Shown here: positions 19,585 through 29,754 of the stretch, one piece after another
How the letters are laid out: each line of letters opens with the position of its first letter
Position numbering within the stretch: the stretch's first letter is position 1
Assembly: GCA_039039885.1 (NCBI GenBank)
Contig: JBCCPG010000007.1
Coordinates: forward strand, 34,065 to 98,064
Direction: 5' to 3'
Length of the DNA: 64,000 bases
DNA from: Pseudomonadota bacterium
Lineage (GTDB): Bacteria > Pseudomonadota > Alphaproteobacteria > Sphingomonadales > Sphingomonadaceae
Program-made: the position numbers and the translations under genes
Notes under the pieces: generated by a model
Databases searched by the model: none
Seen by the model: only the letters and a program-made list of their open reading frames with translations
What the model was told of the DNA's origin: nothing

Positions 19585-20454
19585 CTATTGGCGCGAACTT
19601 AGGTCCCGGGTCCACTTTGCTGAATTGCCACGCCATTCGCTTAGCTTGGCTTCGATCCTAACCAGCGCTTTGACGCCGCAAAAAACTATGGCCTCTTCAG
19701 GCGAGGCACCGCTCCTCAGGACTGCTCCCAAACCCCCTTGGCCCTTCTTCGCGAAATAGGGGCTAGGGTGGTCGCGTCGCACAATCGCATTGCCATGCAT
19801 GCGGCGAGCCTCGACCTTTACCTGTTGCCAAGCGGTGGCAGGAGGACGGACGATCGAGAAGACTGGTCTTCCCTCGTGGTCCGTATCAACGACCCGTTTC
19901 ACGTCGTCAGAGAAGCGCGTATGGATCCATATGTCATCGCCGATGATCTCAGGAAACTCGCCAACCTGTTCAAGCGCGGCGCGTGATAATCCGTAGCAAC
20001 CGGCGCCGCCTTTTCCAGATTTTGCAAAAGGCTGCTTCATCCAAGCAGCATAATAGGTCCTGATAAACCAGCTTCCGTGGGACAAGTCGATTTGGATCCC
20101 TGGCGCAGCAGCCATGACCGAGGGTTCACGTAGGGCTTCTGCGATAGCAGCCAGAGACTGAAAATCGCACTCGACGTCTGCATCAAGATATATGCGCGGA
20201 TATAGTGTCGCTTTGTGATTGGCTGCATTGATCGCAGCCGTCTTGGAGCCGGTTGGAAGATCGAGGATCAGAGCTTGCGGGGCGGTTTTTTGGGCGACTT
20301 CGACCGTGCGATCTGTGCAGCCATTAGCGGCGACGATGATCTCCATCGAATCTGGTGATGGGGCACCTCGTGCCGCTGTCTTGAGGCAGCGCGCGATAAC
20401 GGCTTCTTCGTTATGCGCGGGAATCACAAGACAAAATGGCTGGTTCTCAGTCAC
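19585..20454 (-). CDS. GT2 glycosyltransferase
   Basis: VIPAHNEE, ANGCTDRT, YLDAD, GDD. Confidence 0.9.
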   Translation of the reverse strand: MTENQPFCLVIPAHNEEAVIARCLKTAARGAPSPDSMEIIVAANGCTDRTVEVAQKTAPQALILDLPTGSKTAAINAANHKATLYPRIYLDADVECDFQSLAAIAEALREPSVMAAAPGIQIDLSHGSWFIRTYYAAWMKQPFAKSGKGGAGCYGLSRAALEQVGEFPEIIGDDIWIHTRFSDDVKRVVDTDHEGRPVFSIVRPPATAWQQVKVEARRMHGNAIVRRDHPSPYFAKKGQGGLGAVLRSGASPEEAIVFCGVKALVRIEAKLSEWRGNSAKWTRDLSSRQ

Positions 20455-20525
20455 AGCGCCATCCCGTCGATCACCAATATCGCACTAGAAAGCCGCGCCT
20501 GCACCAAGAGCGCGCAAATGCCGCT

Positions 20526-22733
20526 CTAGCGCTCGGGGCCGTACTCATAATAGCTATATTGATAGTTGTAGCTTTGCCCGGCTTCCTGTGCGCGGTACTT
20601 TGTTAGGATCAGACCCAGGACATTGCCGCCGGCTGCGCGCAAACGCTTCACAGCGTTGCGAGCTTGCGCAAAGGGAACCTTGTTTGCCTCAAGGACAAAT
20701 ACTGTTCCATCGACCACGCGTGACAGAGTCGGCGCATCCGCCAGACCGAGAACCGGACAGCAGTCGATCAATATCAGCGAGTATTTATCACGGTTCTCAT
20801 CGAGGAACCTAGCAAACTCTGTTGAGGCCAGCACTTCGGTTGGATTTGCAGGCATACTTCCGACAGGAAGAACATCCAGTTCTTCATGCACGCCTGTCAC
20901 GATGGCTTCCTCAAGCGAGCAATGTCCATACACGACCTCTACCAAGCCTTTATCGCGGCGCTCGAAGTCAAACAGCTTGGCCACTGAAGGCCGGCGCAAA
21001 TCAGCATCGATAAGCAATGTCTTGCGTCTAGAACGAGCGAAAAGCTCTGCGAGGACAACAGCGGTGGTCGATTTACCTTCCGATTCTTGCGTACTCGTGA
21101 ACTGCAATACATTGCGACTGCGGGGCAGCGAGAAGTCTATCGACGCCTTGACCGAGGCATAGGCCTCCATCAGAGAAGTGAACTGGCTCGAGCTTTCTGT
21201 GTCGATGTCATTGTCGTCGACATGCGGGGTATGTCCCAGCAAAGGCAGGTCAATCTTGCTCTCGACATCATCGAGCGAGCGTACACGATCATCAAACATC
21301 TCTCGCAGCACTGCGAGGCCGCATGCGACCGCGAACCCGAGTATCAAAGCAAGTCCAAGATTGCGAGGTAGGCTTGGCGCAAAGGGTGCGCTTGGCACCA
21401 AAGCCGTTTCGATCTGTGTCATCGTGCCTGCATTGACATTGGCCGCGCTGCTTACCTGATTGTAGCGGTCGAGCAATGAAGCAAGCTCAGCACGCAGCGC
21501 CTCAGCTTGACGCTCCAGGACAGTGTATTGAACCATGTCATCTTGCTCAGCGAGAGAGTCACTCGAAAGCGAATTCAACTCGTTCTGAAGAGCGATCTCT
21601 TGATTGCGAGCGACGACAAAGTCGTTGCGCACTGTCGCTTTGATGTCGGAACTTGTGCGCTCAATTTGTTCGTCCAGGATCTCGATCCGAGCCAGAGCAT
21701 CTACGATTGGTGGAAACTGGTCGTTGTAGCGACGGCGTAGCTCAGCCAACTCGGCTAACTTGCCAGTACGCTCAGCTATAAGACCTTGGAGCACCGGGCT
21801 ATTCTGCACCTCCGGCAACTGAGAAGCAGGCAAGCCTTCAATCGAACGCCACTTCTGTTCAGCAGCAATTCTGGTCGCTCGGGCATCAGCGAAGCTCTGA
21901 TTGATGTTCGCCAAGTTCGTGTTGGTCAAGGTTGAGCTGCTTGAGGTACCGCTTTCATTGATAATGGGCTGGACGATGATGCCCGTACTGCGCGCGTAGT
22001 CGTTTGACACAAGCTCAGCTTGTTCAAGTCTCCCACGAACGATCTCAATCTGTTCGCTCAAATACTCGATCGCATACTCTTTGCCTGCAACCGTATCTCT
22101 GGCTGCTGAGCCGATGAATGCCTGCGCATAGGCATTGGCCATCTCGGCCGCAAAAACGGGATCATCCGACTGAAAACTGATCGGGATAACCCAGCTCATG
22201 ATCGGCACTTCGGCGCTCACGCCACCTACCAATGTCGACGTCGCCATAGATCGCTTGGCTTCGAGCCATTGTTCGTCCGACATAGAAGGCGATCGGCCTT
22301 CGTCGATATTGGGTATGAACGATGCAGCCCTCTCACCCAAATTCTGTTCCTCAACCACGACCTCGGCGAGACTACGGCTTCTTATCAGCTCAACTTTGGT
22401 GGCGAGGTAATCGCCCACCTGGTTGCTTGCGATGCCTTGTTCAACGTCCTGGCCTTCGAGAATGAAGGCCCCATAAGGCTCCACGCTAACCTTGGCGGTC
22501 GCCGAGTACATCGGTGTCGACAACAGTGTCAGGATCAGGCCGATTGTCAAAGCAGCCGTAAGCACCGCCGCAAAAAGCCAGCGCTGGCGGTAGAGAATGC
22601 CGCGAATAGTGGCCAGGCTGATAAGCTGTGGCGGCTGCTGCGCGGGCACCATCTGATGCTCAGGCAGGTAGGACTCAAGCCAAGTGCCCCGTTCATTCGG
22701 GTCATTGGGATCAATAATGGAACGATCGTTCAT
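20526..22733 (-). CDS. wzc: Polysaccharide co-polymerase / BY-kinase (Wzc/GumC family)
   Basis: Two TMs flanking coiled coil; EGKST Walker A, IDADLRRP; Tyr-rich tail YNYQYSYYEY. Confidence 0.92.
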   Translation of the reverse strand: MNDRSIIDPNDPNERGTWLESYLPEHQMVPAQQPPQLISLATIRGILYRQRWLFAAVLTAALTIGLILTLLSTPMYSATAKVSVEPYGAFILEGQDVEQGIASNQVGDYLATKVELIRSRSLAEVVVEEQNLGERAASFIPNIDEGRSPSMSDEQWLEAKRSMATSTLVGGVSAEVPIMSWVIPISFQSDDPVFAAEMANAYAQAFIGSAARDTVAGKEYAIEYLSEQIEIVRGRLEQAELVSNDYARSTGIIVQPIINESGTSSSSTLTNTNLANINQSFADARATRIAAEQKWRSIEGLPASQLPEVQNSPVLQGLIAERTGKLAELAELRRRYNDQFPPIVDALARIEILDEQIERTSSDIKATVRNDFVVARNQEIALQNELNSLSSDSLAEQDDMVQYTVLERQAEALRAELASLLDRYNQVSSAANVNAGTMTQIETALVPSAPFAPSLPRNLGLALILGFAVACGLAVLREMFDDRVRSLDDVESKIDLPLLGHTPHVDDNDIDTESSSQFTSLMEAYASVKASIDFSLPRSRNVLQFTSTQESEGKSTTAVVLAELFARSRRKTLLIDADLRRPSVAKLFDFERRDKGLVEVVYGHCSLEEAIVTGVHEELDVLPVGSMPANPTEVLASTEFARFLDENRDKYSLILIDCCPVLGLADAPTLSRVVDGTVFVLEANKVPFAQARNAVKRLRAAGGNVLGLILTKYRAQEAGQSYNYQYSYYEYGPER

Positions 22734-22737
22734 CGAT

Positions 22738-23469
22738 TTAGTCGCTATTGATGGCCGCTACGCCAAAAACTCCAAATGCTGGCAGTGCCTGCAACAGGCC
22801 CTGATAGAACACGGAGAGGCCATCGGTGCCCACCACAACACGATCACCAGGTTGAAGGATCGGATCAAGCATAGTGCCTTGGCTGACTTGCTTGTAGTCG
22901 AATTTTGCAATCATGATGCCCTGAGGGCTTTCACGGAAAACAGCCACCTGCTCGCGATTTGCGACATTGGTTGTCCCCTTGGCCATTGCAATGGCGCTTG
23001 AGAGACGAGATCCCGGCTGGAATGCATAGACACCCGGTTCGGTCACGGCCCCTTCGACTGTCACCAAATGCGAGGCGTAGTCGCTGATGTTCACGCTCAC
23101 CATGGGCGCGCGCAGACCGGCGGCCAGCAAACGTTGAGAGACGTTCTGCTCGAATTGTCTTGTGGTCATGCCCGCCGCTGGAATCGAGCCCAGCATGGGA
23201 AGAGAGACCAAACCATCAACGCCTAGGCGCACATCTTCAACCGAAAGATCAGGTTCGCGGAACACTGTAACGGTGATGCGGTCTGACGGGCGCAAAGCAT
23301 AGGTAGCAGCCGGTGCCTGCGAATAACCTTCCTGACCGAGGTCAAGTCGCGGCTGAGAAGCCGCAGGCCCAAGAATTGGCTCAGGTGTCGAAGAACACCC
23401 TGCAAGAGCAATGGAGCTGGCGAGAATAACCGACTGCACACGGATATTTTTGATAGTCTTGAAGGCCAC
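22738..23469 (-). CDS. wza: Polysaccharide export lipoprotein (Wza/OPX)
   Basis: Lipobox LAGC; Y.LRPSD.I.V.VFREPDLS, G.V..PG.Y, LQPGD.VVV; GTG start after a GGGGGA RBS. Confidence 0.9.
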   Translation of the reverse strand: MAFKTIKNIRVQSVILASSIALAGCSSTPEPILGPAASQPRLDLGQEGYSQAPAATYALRPSDRITVTVFREPDLSVEDVRLGVDGLVSLPMLGSIPAAGMTTRQFEQNVSQRLLAAGLRAPMVSVNISDYASHLVTVEGAVTEPGVYAFQPGSRLSSAIAMAKGTTNVANREQVAVFRESPQGIMIAKFDYKQVSQGTMLDPILQPGDRVVVGTDGLSVFYQGLLQALPAFGVFGVAAINSD

Positions 23470-23813
23470 ACAATCCCCCGTCGTTAGGAGAGTCCCGCTT
23501 AGACTGCGGTTCGAGGATGTGCAACCGAAATCCGGGTGCTCTGCGGCGGCCTGAGACGGTGCATGTGCCAGATCGAGATCTCGTAAATGCAACCCTCTGT
23601 TTACCATCCTGTAACCGGCCTTAGCGCGGCAGTATTACGGCACCAGTTTCGCCTCCCATTGGAATATTTGAACGGGTTGCTTATCAGCTTGTGCTGATGC
23701 GTTATGCACTTGCAGACGAGCAAACCTTACGGGTGTAAATGCGATGGATGAGCAGTTGAGTAAGAGCTCGAGAGCCCAATATTTGGTTTCATTACCGGGG
23801 ACTAGAATTTCGA

Positions 23814-24359
23814 ATGACTGAGACACCGTCAGCGCTTAGTTTGGCAGCCATAGCCGTCTATCTCGTTGTTGCATCTGCTACTGCTTTGGCATGCGCCACG
23901 TCGCGTACGAAATCTCAAAGACATTGGCACTTTCGGGCTTGGCTCATCTTGACCTTCTTGTTCTTGCTCCTGGCCGCCTCGCGAGGCTTGGGCCTTGAGG
24001 ATATCCTACGCGCTGAACTGCGCGACTGGCTTCGGGCAGAAGGCGTGATGGGAGAGCGTAGGACATGGCAGGGCTACGTCATCACCGCGATGATTCTAGT
24101 ATTCGTCACTGCCGCATTCCTGGCGCTTTATCGTGCGACCTCGCGGATGGCTGGAAGACGCAATTTTGCGACCATCATTGCGCTGGCGAGCGGTGCTGCG
24201 ATGATTGGGCTGATCGGGCTGCGGATGATCTCACTCCATGCGATGGACACGCTTCTCTACGGCCCGCTCAAACTCAATTGGGTGGGAGACATAGGTGCCA
24301 GCATGGTCGCTTTCACCGCTGGCCTTGTCTATATCCGGCTCGTCAGAGCGCGGCCCTGA
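23814..24359 (+). CDS. Hypothetical membrane protein (about 5 TMs)
   Basis: 181-aa hydrophobic ORF filling the wza-wecB gap. Confidence 0.7.
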   Translation: MTETPSALSLAAIAVYLVVASATALACATSRTKSQRHWHFRAWLILTFLFLLLAASRGLGLEDILRAELRDWLRAEGVMGERRTWQGYVITAMILVFVTAAFLALYRATSRMAGRRNFATIIALASGAAMIGLIGLRMISLHAMDTLLYGPLKLNWVGDIGASMVAFTAGLVYIRLVRARP

Positions 24360-24365
24360 TCATAC

Positions 24366-25511
24366 TCATTCACGATTGTGCGCGTCTGCAAGAATAGCAA
24401 TGATCCGCTCGCTTGCCTTGCCATCGCCATAGGGATTGTGCGCTTTTGCCATGGCCTGATAGGAGGCCGGATCATCAAGAAGACGCTCGGCATTCGCGAC
24501 TATCTCGCTTTGGTTCGCCCCCACGAGCATGGAGGTGCCAGCACGCACACCTTCAGGTCGTTCGGTGGTGTCTCGCATAACCAGGACGGGTTTGCCGATG
24601 CTTGGCGCTTCCTCCTGAATGCCACCGGAATCGGTCAAAACCAACTCGCTCATTTCCATCATAGCGACGAAGTCGAGGTAACCCAGCGGCTCAATCAAAG
24701 CGACATTGGCGATCTGCGAAAGCGCCTCGCGCATGATCGGAGCGACGTTGGGATTTGGATGGAGCGGGTAGACGATCGCTACGTCGTCGCGCTTTGCCAA
24801 TTCGCGCAAGGCGGCTGCAATCTGCGCCATTCCCTCACCAAAATTCTCCCGCCGATGGGCTGTAACTGCGATGATTTTTTTGCCCGCAAACCGCGCTCTG
24901 ATTGGCGCAATTGAGCTGGCGAGCGTCTTGTCCTTCAGCAGCTGGTCGCGAGTGGCGAGCAAGGCGTCGATCACAGTGTTGCCCGTGACATGGATGCTGT
25001 CTTGGCTCACATTTTCCGCGCGTAAGGCCTCGGCGGCGGCCTGAGTTGGAGCAAAGTGCAAATCGGCTACCGCGCCGGTGACCTTGCGGTTCACTTCCTC
25101 AGGCCATGGCGAGTAGATATCCCCTGATCGCAGCCCCGCTTCGACATGCCCAACCGGAATCCGGCGGAAATAGCAGGCCAAAGTCGCCATCATAGTCGTG
25201 AGCGTGTCGCCATGGACCAGAACTCGGTCCGGCTTCTCTTGATCGAGCGCCTCTCCAAAGCGCGTTACAATTCGCGCTGCAAGTGCATCAAGGCTCTGCC
25301 CAGCCTGCATCAGATCGAGATCAACATCTGGCTCAATGCCCGCAAGGTCGAGGACTTGATCAAGCATTTCGCGATGCTGTGCTGTCACCGCAACGCGCGT
25401 GTCGAAGCCGCCGTGGTCGCGCAGCGCAGCCACCACAGGAAACATCTTGATCGCCTCGGGACGGGTCCCGAAAGTAACGAGAATGCGCGGTTTGCTCGCG
25501 CGTTGGCTCAT
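24366..25511 (-). CDS. wecB: UDP-N-acetylglucosamine 2-epimerase (non-hydrolysing)
   Basis: FGTRPEAIKM, HVEAGLRS, TDSGGIQEEAP. Confidence 0.96.
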   Translation of the reverse strand: MSQRASKPRILVTFGTRPEAIKMFPVVAALRDHGGFDTRVAVTAQHREMLDQVLDLAGIEPDVDLDLMQAGQSLDALAARIVTRFGEALDQEKPDRVLVHGDTLTTMMATLACYFRRIPVGHVEAGLRSGDIYSPWPEEVNRKVTGAVADLHFAPTQAAAEALRAENVSQDSIHVTGNTVIDALLATRDQLLKDKTLASSIAPIRARFAGKKIIAVTAHRRENFGEGMAQIAAALRELAKRDDVAIVYPLHPNPNVAPIMREALSQIANVALIEPLGYLDFVAMMEMSELVLTDSGGIQEEAPSIGKPVLVMRDTTERPEGVRAGTSMLVGANQSEIVANAERLLDDPASYQAMAKAHNPYGDGKASERIIAILADAHNRE

Positions 25512-26812
25512 TTTTTGAGCATTCCGCGGCTGTCGAACACCAATTTGCCCGCAAGGTCAGCGGGAAGCAGATGTTTGAATGCAGTGTGATCAACAAGCAC
25601 TACGATGATTTCGGCCTCTTGCAGCGCCTCGTCAAGCTCAACCAACTGAGCGCCAGTGCCCGTAAAGCCCGCTGGAAGTTCTTCGGCAAATGGTTCGACC
25701 ACCATGATGCGTTGACCGCGAGTGCGGGCCAGGCTGAGGGCGATCTCGAGAGCGGGACTCTCGCGAAAATCGTCGATATCTGGCTTGAATGCGAGGCCAA
25801 GCAGCGCGACCTTTCCCCCCGGCACGGCATCGAGCAAAGCACGCACGCGCCGTTCGGTGTAGCTCGCTTTGAAGTCGTTCACCTCTCGAGCAGTACGGAT
25901 CAGCCTGGCGGCTTTAGGCGAGCTTGAGACGAGGAACCAAGGATCGACTGCGATGCAATGACCGCCAACACCGGGCCCGGGTTGAAGGATATTGACCCGC
26001 GGGTGCCGGTTCGCGAGCGCAATGACGTCCCAGACATCGACGCCTAGGTCGTCTGCGATTACGCTCAATTCGTTGGCAAAAGCGATGTTCACATCGCGGA
26101 AGCTATTCTCGACCAGTTTCACTGTTTCAGCGACACGAGCATTGGTCGTGAGGCAATCGCCTTCGACGAAACTCGAATAAAGCGTAGCTGCCCGCTCAGC
26201 ACATGCCGGGGTGACTCCGCCGATGACGCGATCATTATGAACCAGCTCGCGCACGATTTTGCCGGGTAGAACCCGCTCAGGGCAATAAGCGAGCGCTATG
26301 TCGCCGCCTTCCTGTGAGCCAAAGACTGGTGCTTTCAAGTCGGGGCGAGCCTCTGCGATTATTTGCGCGACCCGTTCGGTTGTGCCCACTGGCGATGTGC
26401 TTTCCACGATTATACAGGCGCCGGGCAGGATCTTCGGGGCAATCGTGCGGGCTGCGGCCTCTACATAGCTGATATCGGGCGTGTTCTCGTCGGTCAGCGG
26501 TGTCGGAACGGCAATAATGTAGAAATGGGCGGTTGGGACTTCGGTTGAGGCGGTTAGCCGCTCGGCAGTGATGGCTTCACGCACCAACCGATCCAAGTCG
26601 CGCTCTTCGATGTGGACGCCGCCCGCATTGACTGTTTCGACGACCTTCTCAGACACATCGACGCCGCAGACATTCCATCCGTGGCTTGCCAAGACCGCTG
26701 CGGTTGGCAGGCCGATATAGCCTAAACCAATGACCGCAATCTGGTGATCCGGGGCAGGTTGGACAGCGGCGTTAGGACCAAACGCTGTGGCCGTGTCGAA
26801 GGGGGCATTCAT
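25508..26812 (-). CDS. wecC: UDP-N-acetyl-D-mannosamine dehydrogenase
   Basis: GLGYIGLPTA, CPERVLPG, PGPGVGGHCIAVDPWF, DDFRESP; start ATG 26812 inferred. Confidence 0.95.
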   Translation of the reverse strand: MNAPFDTATAFGPNAAVQPAPDHQIAVIGLGYIGLPTAAVLASHGWNVCGVDVSEKVVETVNAGGVHIEERDLDRLVREAITAERLTASTEVPTAHFYIIAVPTPLTDENTPDISYVEAAARTIAPKILPGACIIVESTSPVGTTERVAQIIAEARPDLKAPVFGSQEGGDIALAYCPERVLPGKIVRELVHNDRVIGGVTPACAERAATLYSSFVEGDCLTTNARVAETVKLVENSFRDVNIAFANELSVIADDLGVDVWDVIALANRHPRVNILQPGPGVGGHCIAVDPWFLVSSSPKAARLIRTAREVNDFKASYTERRVRALLDAVPGGKVALLGLAFKPDIDDFRESPALEIALSLARTRGQRIMVVEPFAEELPAGFTGTGAQLVELDEALQEAEIIVVLVDHTAFKHLLPADLAGKLVFDSRGMLKK

Positions 26813-27013
26813 GTCGCCAAATCCTTGTGATCTTGCAGCGTAGTTTCGCACAAGGTTAATGCCCGCAAAGGGGTAAATATCGCGTTAGGTTTGATATGGT
26901 TTTCGCGTCTGGATATTCCTCAGATGCGCAACATCCACCGAAACCAGTAGTTAAAGGACACGGCGAGGACACGGCGAGGGCGCGGCCAAGGTAGAGCAAG
27001 CCTCTGAAGTCGT

Positions 27014-27496
27014 TTACAAATGTCCCGTTTCGATGAACTGTGTAACCGCATCATGCAGTGTCCGCGCCGTTGGAGAGCGCTCTGCCCGCGTATCAGTGAT
27101 TTCCAAGCCCTGCGCGATCCGATCCGAAAGCTCACTTTCATCCAGCGCGATCAGCAGGCCATTGCGCCCTTCGAGATTGCGCGCGGTTGCGATCTGATGG
27201 TCGTTGCGATGCTCGCCATACTCTAAGCGGCGCGGCACGATAACGATTGGTTTGCCCAGCCTTTGAGCGGTAAGGATAGTGCCGATACCAGCATGGCTAA
27301 CGATTAAGCTGCAATCTTTGACCAAGGCTTCAAATTCGGCGGGAGCTATGCGGTCATGCGCGGTCATGTTGACGGGTTGATAGGTGCCTTTGCCGGTCTG
27401 CGCGACAACCTCCATCCCTAGCATCGGGGCGAGCCCGTCCATCGCCTTGATCAACCGATCAAAGCCCAATTGCATGCCGACTGTGACGAGGATCAC
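27014..27496 (-). CDS. Alg13-like glycosyltransferase subunit (PssE/CpsG type)
   Basis: MILVTVG...FDRL, SHAGIGTI, PRR...EHRNDHQ. Confidence 0.9.
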   Translation of the reverse strand: MILVTVGMQLGFDRLIKAMDGLAPMLGMEVVAQTGKGTYQPVNMTAHDRIAPAEFEALVKDCSLIVSHAGIGTILTAQRLGKPIVIVPRRLEYGEHRNDHQIATARNLEGRNGLLIALDESELSDRIAQGLEITDTRAERSPTARTLHDAVTQFIETGHL

Positions 27497-27951
27497 AACA
27501 CCGCTCCGCGATATTGGACGTGCGGTTCCTCAGCAAGTTGCTCCCACTGGGTGAGGCAGGCATGGGCGGTGCGCTTGGAGAGCTTGCCGCACATTGAAAG
27601 CTGCTCGCCATTGGCGACGCTGTCGATCCACAGAGTGCGCGCTCCGAATAGCCGGCCGAAGAGCAAGCAGAAATAGCCTGGAGCTGCCCCGGTCGAGAGC
27701 ACTATTTCGGGCCTGATCCTAAGCACCAGAAGGAACGCGACTATCCCGCACCAAGCGGATCGTAGCGGCTGGTTCTGGTTGCAGTCGGGCAGGCTTGCGA
27801 CATCGGCGATCCCGCGTTGAAGAGCGATATCGGTATCGGTCGTCGCCCAGTGCACGTCATAAGCTTCAAGCGTATCGCGCAGCAACATGAGCTGCTCCCA
27901 GTGGCCGCCGCCCGATGCGACTGCGAGGACCTTACGGCTGGATTTCGTCAC
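27493..27951 (-). CDS. Alg14-like glycosyltransferase subunit (PssD/CpsF type)
   Basis: ASGGGHWEQL, STGAAPG, WIDSVAN, TQW. Confidence 0.9.
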   Translation of the reverse strand: MTKSSRKVLAVASGGGHWEQLMLLRDTLEAYDVHWATTDTDIALQRGIADVASLPDCNQNQPLRSAWCGIVAFLLVLRIRPEIVLSTGAAPGYFCLLFGRLFGARTLWIDSVANGEQLSMCGKLSKRTAHACLTQWEQLAEEPHVQYRGAVL

Positions 27952-28148
27952 TGGTGACTACTCGACTATCTGCGTTCTGCGGAGCGGCTCTCGCCCGTCA
28001 ATGCCCCTATTGCTGATTTCGTTGGGCTGTCAATCCTGGCCGCAGTGCTGCGCCGGGCGCCAAACCGAATAGCCTTGCTCTTGCTCTTATTCGCACAGAT
28101 CGGCACACACGCTTGCAAAGATAAGGATACACAGGAGGAAGCTTGTAG

Positions 28149-29231
28149 ATGAGTACGCATCAGGGGCCGCTCGCTGGGCTCAAGGTCATCGAATTTGCCG
28201 GGATTGGGCCGGGACCGCATGTCGCCATGTTGCTCGCAGATTTGGGCGCCGAGGTCGTGCGGATTGACCGGCCTGGTGGGGCCGTCACCAACCCTGTGGT
28301 TGAGCGCGCCCGGCACCGAATGACCCTCGATCTCAAGAGTGAGAAGGGGCGCGAGACCTGCCGCAAGGCTTGCGCAAAGGCCGATGTACTCATCGAAGGC
28401 TTGCGTCCCGGAGTGATGGAGCGGCTGGGGCTTGGGCCGGATGAATTGCTCGAAGCCAATCCGCAGCTGGTTTACGCTCGGATGACTGGCTGGGGACAGG
28501 ACGGCCCGCTTGCTGAGGCAGCGGGGCACGACATCAACTATATCGCGATCACGGGCGCGCTCGATGCTGTCGGCAACAAGGGTGAGACTGCCATTCCGCC
28601 GCAAAATCTGGTTGGCGATTTTGGCGGCGGATCAATGTATTGCGCTTTCGGGATTATGGCGGCTTTGTATGAGCGCGAACGATCGGGCAAAGGTCAGGTT
28701 GTCGATGCCGCGATCGTTGACGGGGCCACAAGCCTTATGAGCTTTTTCTTCGGCGCGCGTCACAATCCCTTCCTCACCACTGACCGCGGAAAAGGCATGT
28801 TGGGCGGCGCTGCGCATTTCTATCGCTGCTATGAATGCGCAGATGGCAAGGACATATCTGTCGGCGCGATTGAGCCACAATTCTATGCCGAGTTACTGGC
28901 GAAGTCAGGCGCTCCTGCTGAGCTTGCCCAGGGCCAGATGAATCCCGGCGATTGGGACGCCAACACCGAGACGTTGGCCGCTCTTTTCAAGACCAAGACG
29001 CGCGATGAGTGGACCGAGTTGCTCGAGGGATCCGATGCCTGTTTTGGGCCAGTCCTGAGCCTCGAAGAAGCGCGCGAACATCCGCATATGAAAGCGCGCG
29101 ATGCCTATGTCGAACATGACGGAATGTGGCACACGGCCCCGGCCCCCCGCTTTAGCCGGACGCCGGGAGCAATCCGGTCGAGCGATGAGGGCGGCGAGAG
29201 CGTGATCAATGCGTGGATAGCGGGAGGCTAA
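28149..29231 (+). CDS. CaiB/BaiF family CoA transferase / alpha-methylacyl-CoA racemase-like
   Basis: [35 protein letters not shown]. Confidence 0.93.
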   Translation: MSTHQGPLAGLKVIEFAGIGPGPHVAMLLADLGAEVVRIDRPGGAVTNPVVERARHRMTLDLKSEKGRETCRKACAKADVLIEGLRPGVMERLGLGPDELLEANPQLVYARMTGWGQDGPLAEAAGHDINYIAITGALDAVGNKGETAIPPQNLVGDFGGGSMYCAFGIMAALYERERSGKGQVVDAAIVDGATSLMSFFFGARHNPFLTTDRGKGMLGGAAHFYRCYECADGKDISVGAIEPQFYAELLAKSGAPAELAQGQMNPGDWDANTETLAALFKTKTRDEWTELLEGSDACFGPVLSLEEAREHPHMKARDAYVEHDGMWHTAPAPRFSRTPGAIRSSDEGGESVINAWIAGG

Positions 29232-29236
29232 GCATC

Positions 29237-29686
29237 ATGGCAGGCAAGTTCTTCGATGAATGGCAAGTCGGCGAGCGGATCACGCACGATATTCGGCGGA
29301 CGGTGACTGAGACTGACAATCTCCTCTTTTCAACCATGACCCACAATCCGCAGCCTTTGCATCTCGATATCGAAGCCGCGAAAGAAAGCCGGTTTGGTCA
29401 GATCCTGGTCAATTCGACTTTCACTTTCAGCCTACTGGTTGGCCTATCCGTGGGTGACACGACTTTGGGGACCTTGGTCGCAAATCTGGGCTTCAACAAT
29501 GTCGTGACCCCCAGCCCCGTTTTCATCGGCGACACCTTGCGGGCAGAGACCGAAGTCAAGGAATTGCGGAGCAGCAAGTCGCGACCCGAAGCCGGTATCG
29601 TGACCTTCACGCATGAGTTGTTCAATCAGCGCGATGAAGTTGTCTGCCGCTGTGAAAGGTCAGCCCTGCTGCAACGCTCCGCCTAA
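29237..29686 (+). CDS. MaoC family dehydratase
   Basis: [25 protein letters not shown]. Confidence 0.9.
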   Translation: MAGKFFDEWQVGERITHDIRRTVTETDNLLFSTMTHNPQPLHLDIEAAKESRFGQILVNSTFTFSLLVGLSVGDTTLGTLVANLGFNNVVTPSPVFIGDTLRAETEVKELRSSKSRPEAGIVTFTHELFNQRDEVVCRCERSALLQRSA

Positions 29687-29754
29687 CTGAAGAGTAATCT
29701 TGACGCTCCCCAGCTCCCGGCACATACCGTTCGGTAGGAGATAGGGAGGATACC

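Noticed and set aside
22738-23607. Extended N-termini in the ORF track (wza, rfbD, rfbB, galE, tetR, permease, wecC)
   Set aside because: Downstream starts fit RBS position, gene overlaps and family N-termini better, so coordinates were trimmed
23600-23615. CtrA box upstream of wza (TTTA-N7-GTAAC)
   Set aside because: Two mismatches to TTAA-N7-TTAA; too degenerate to call without footprinting
26955-26979. 11-bp direct repeat AGGACACGGCG x2 between wecC and the pssE-like gene
   Set aside because: Only two copies and no associated element; probably a slippage duplication
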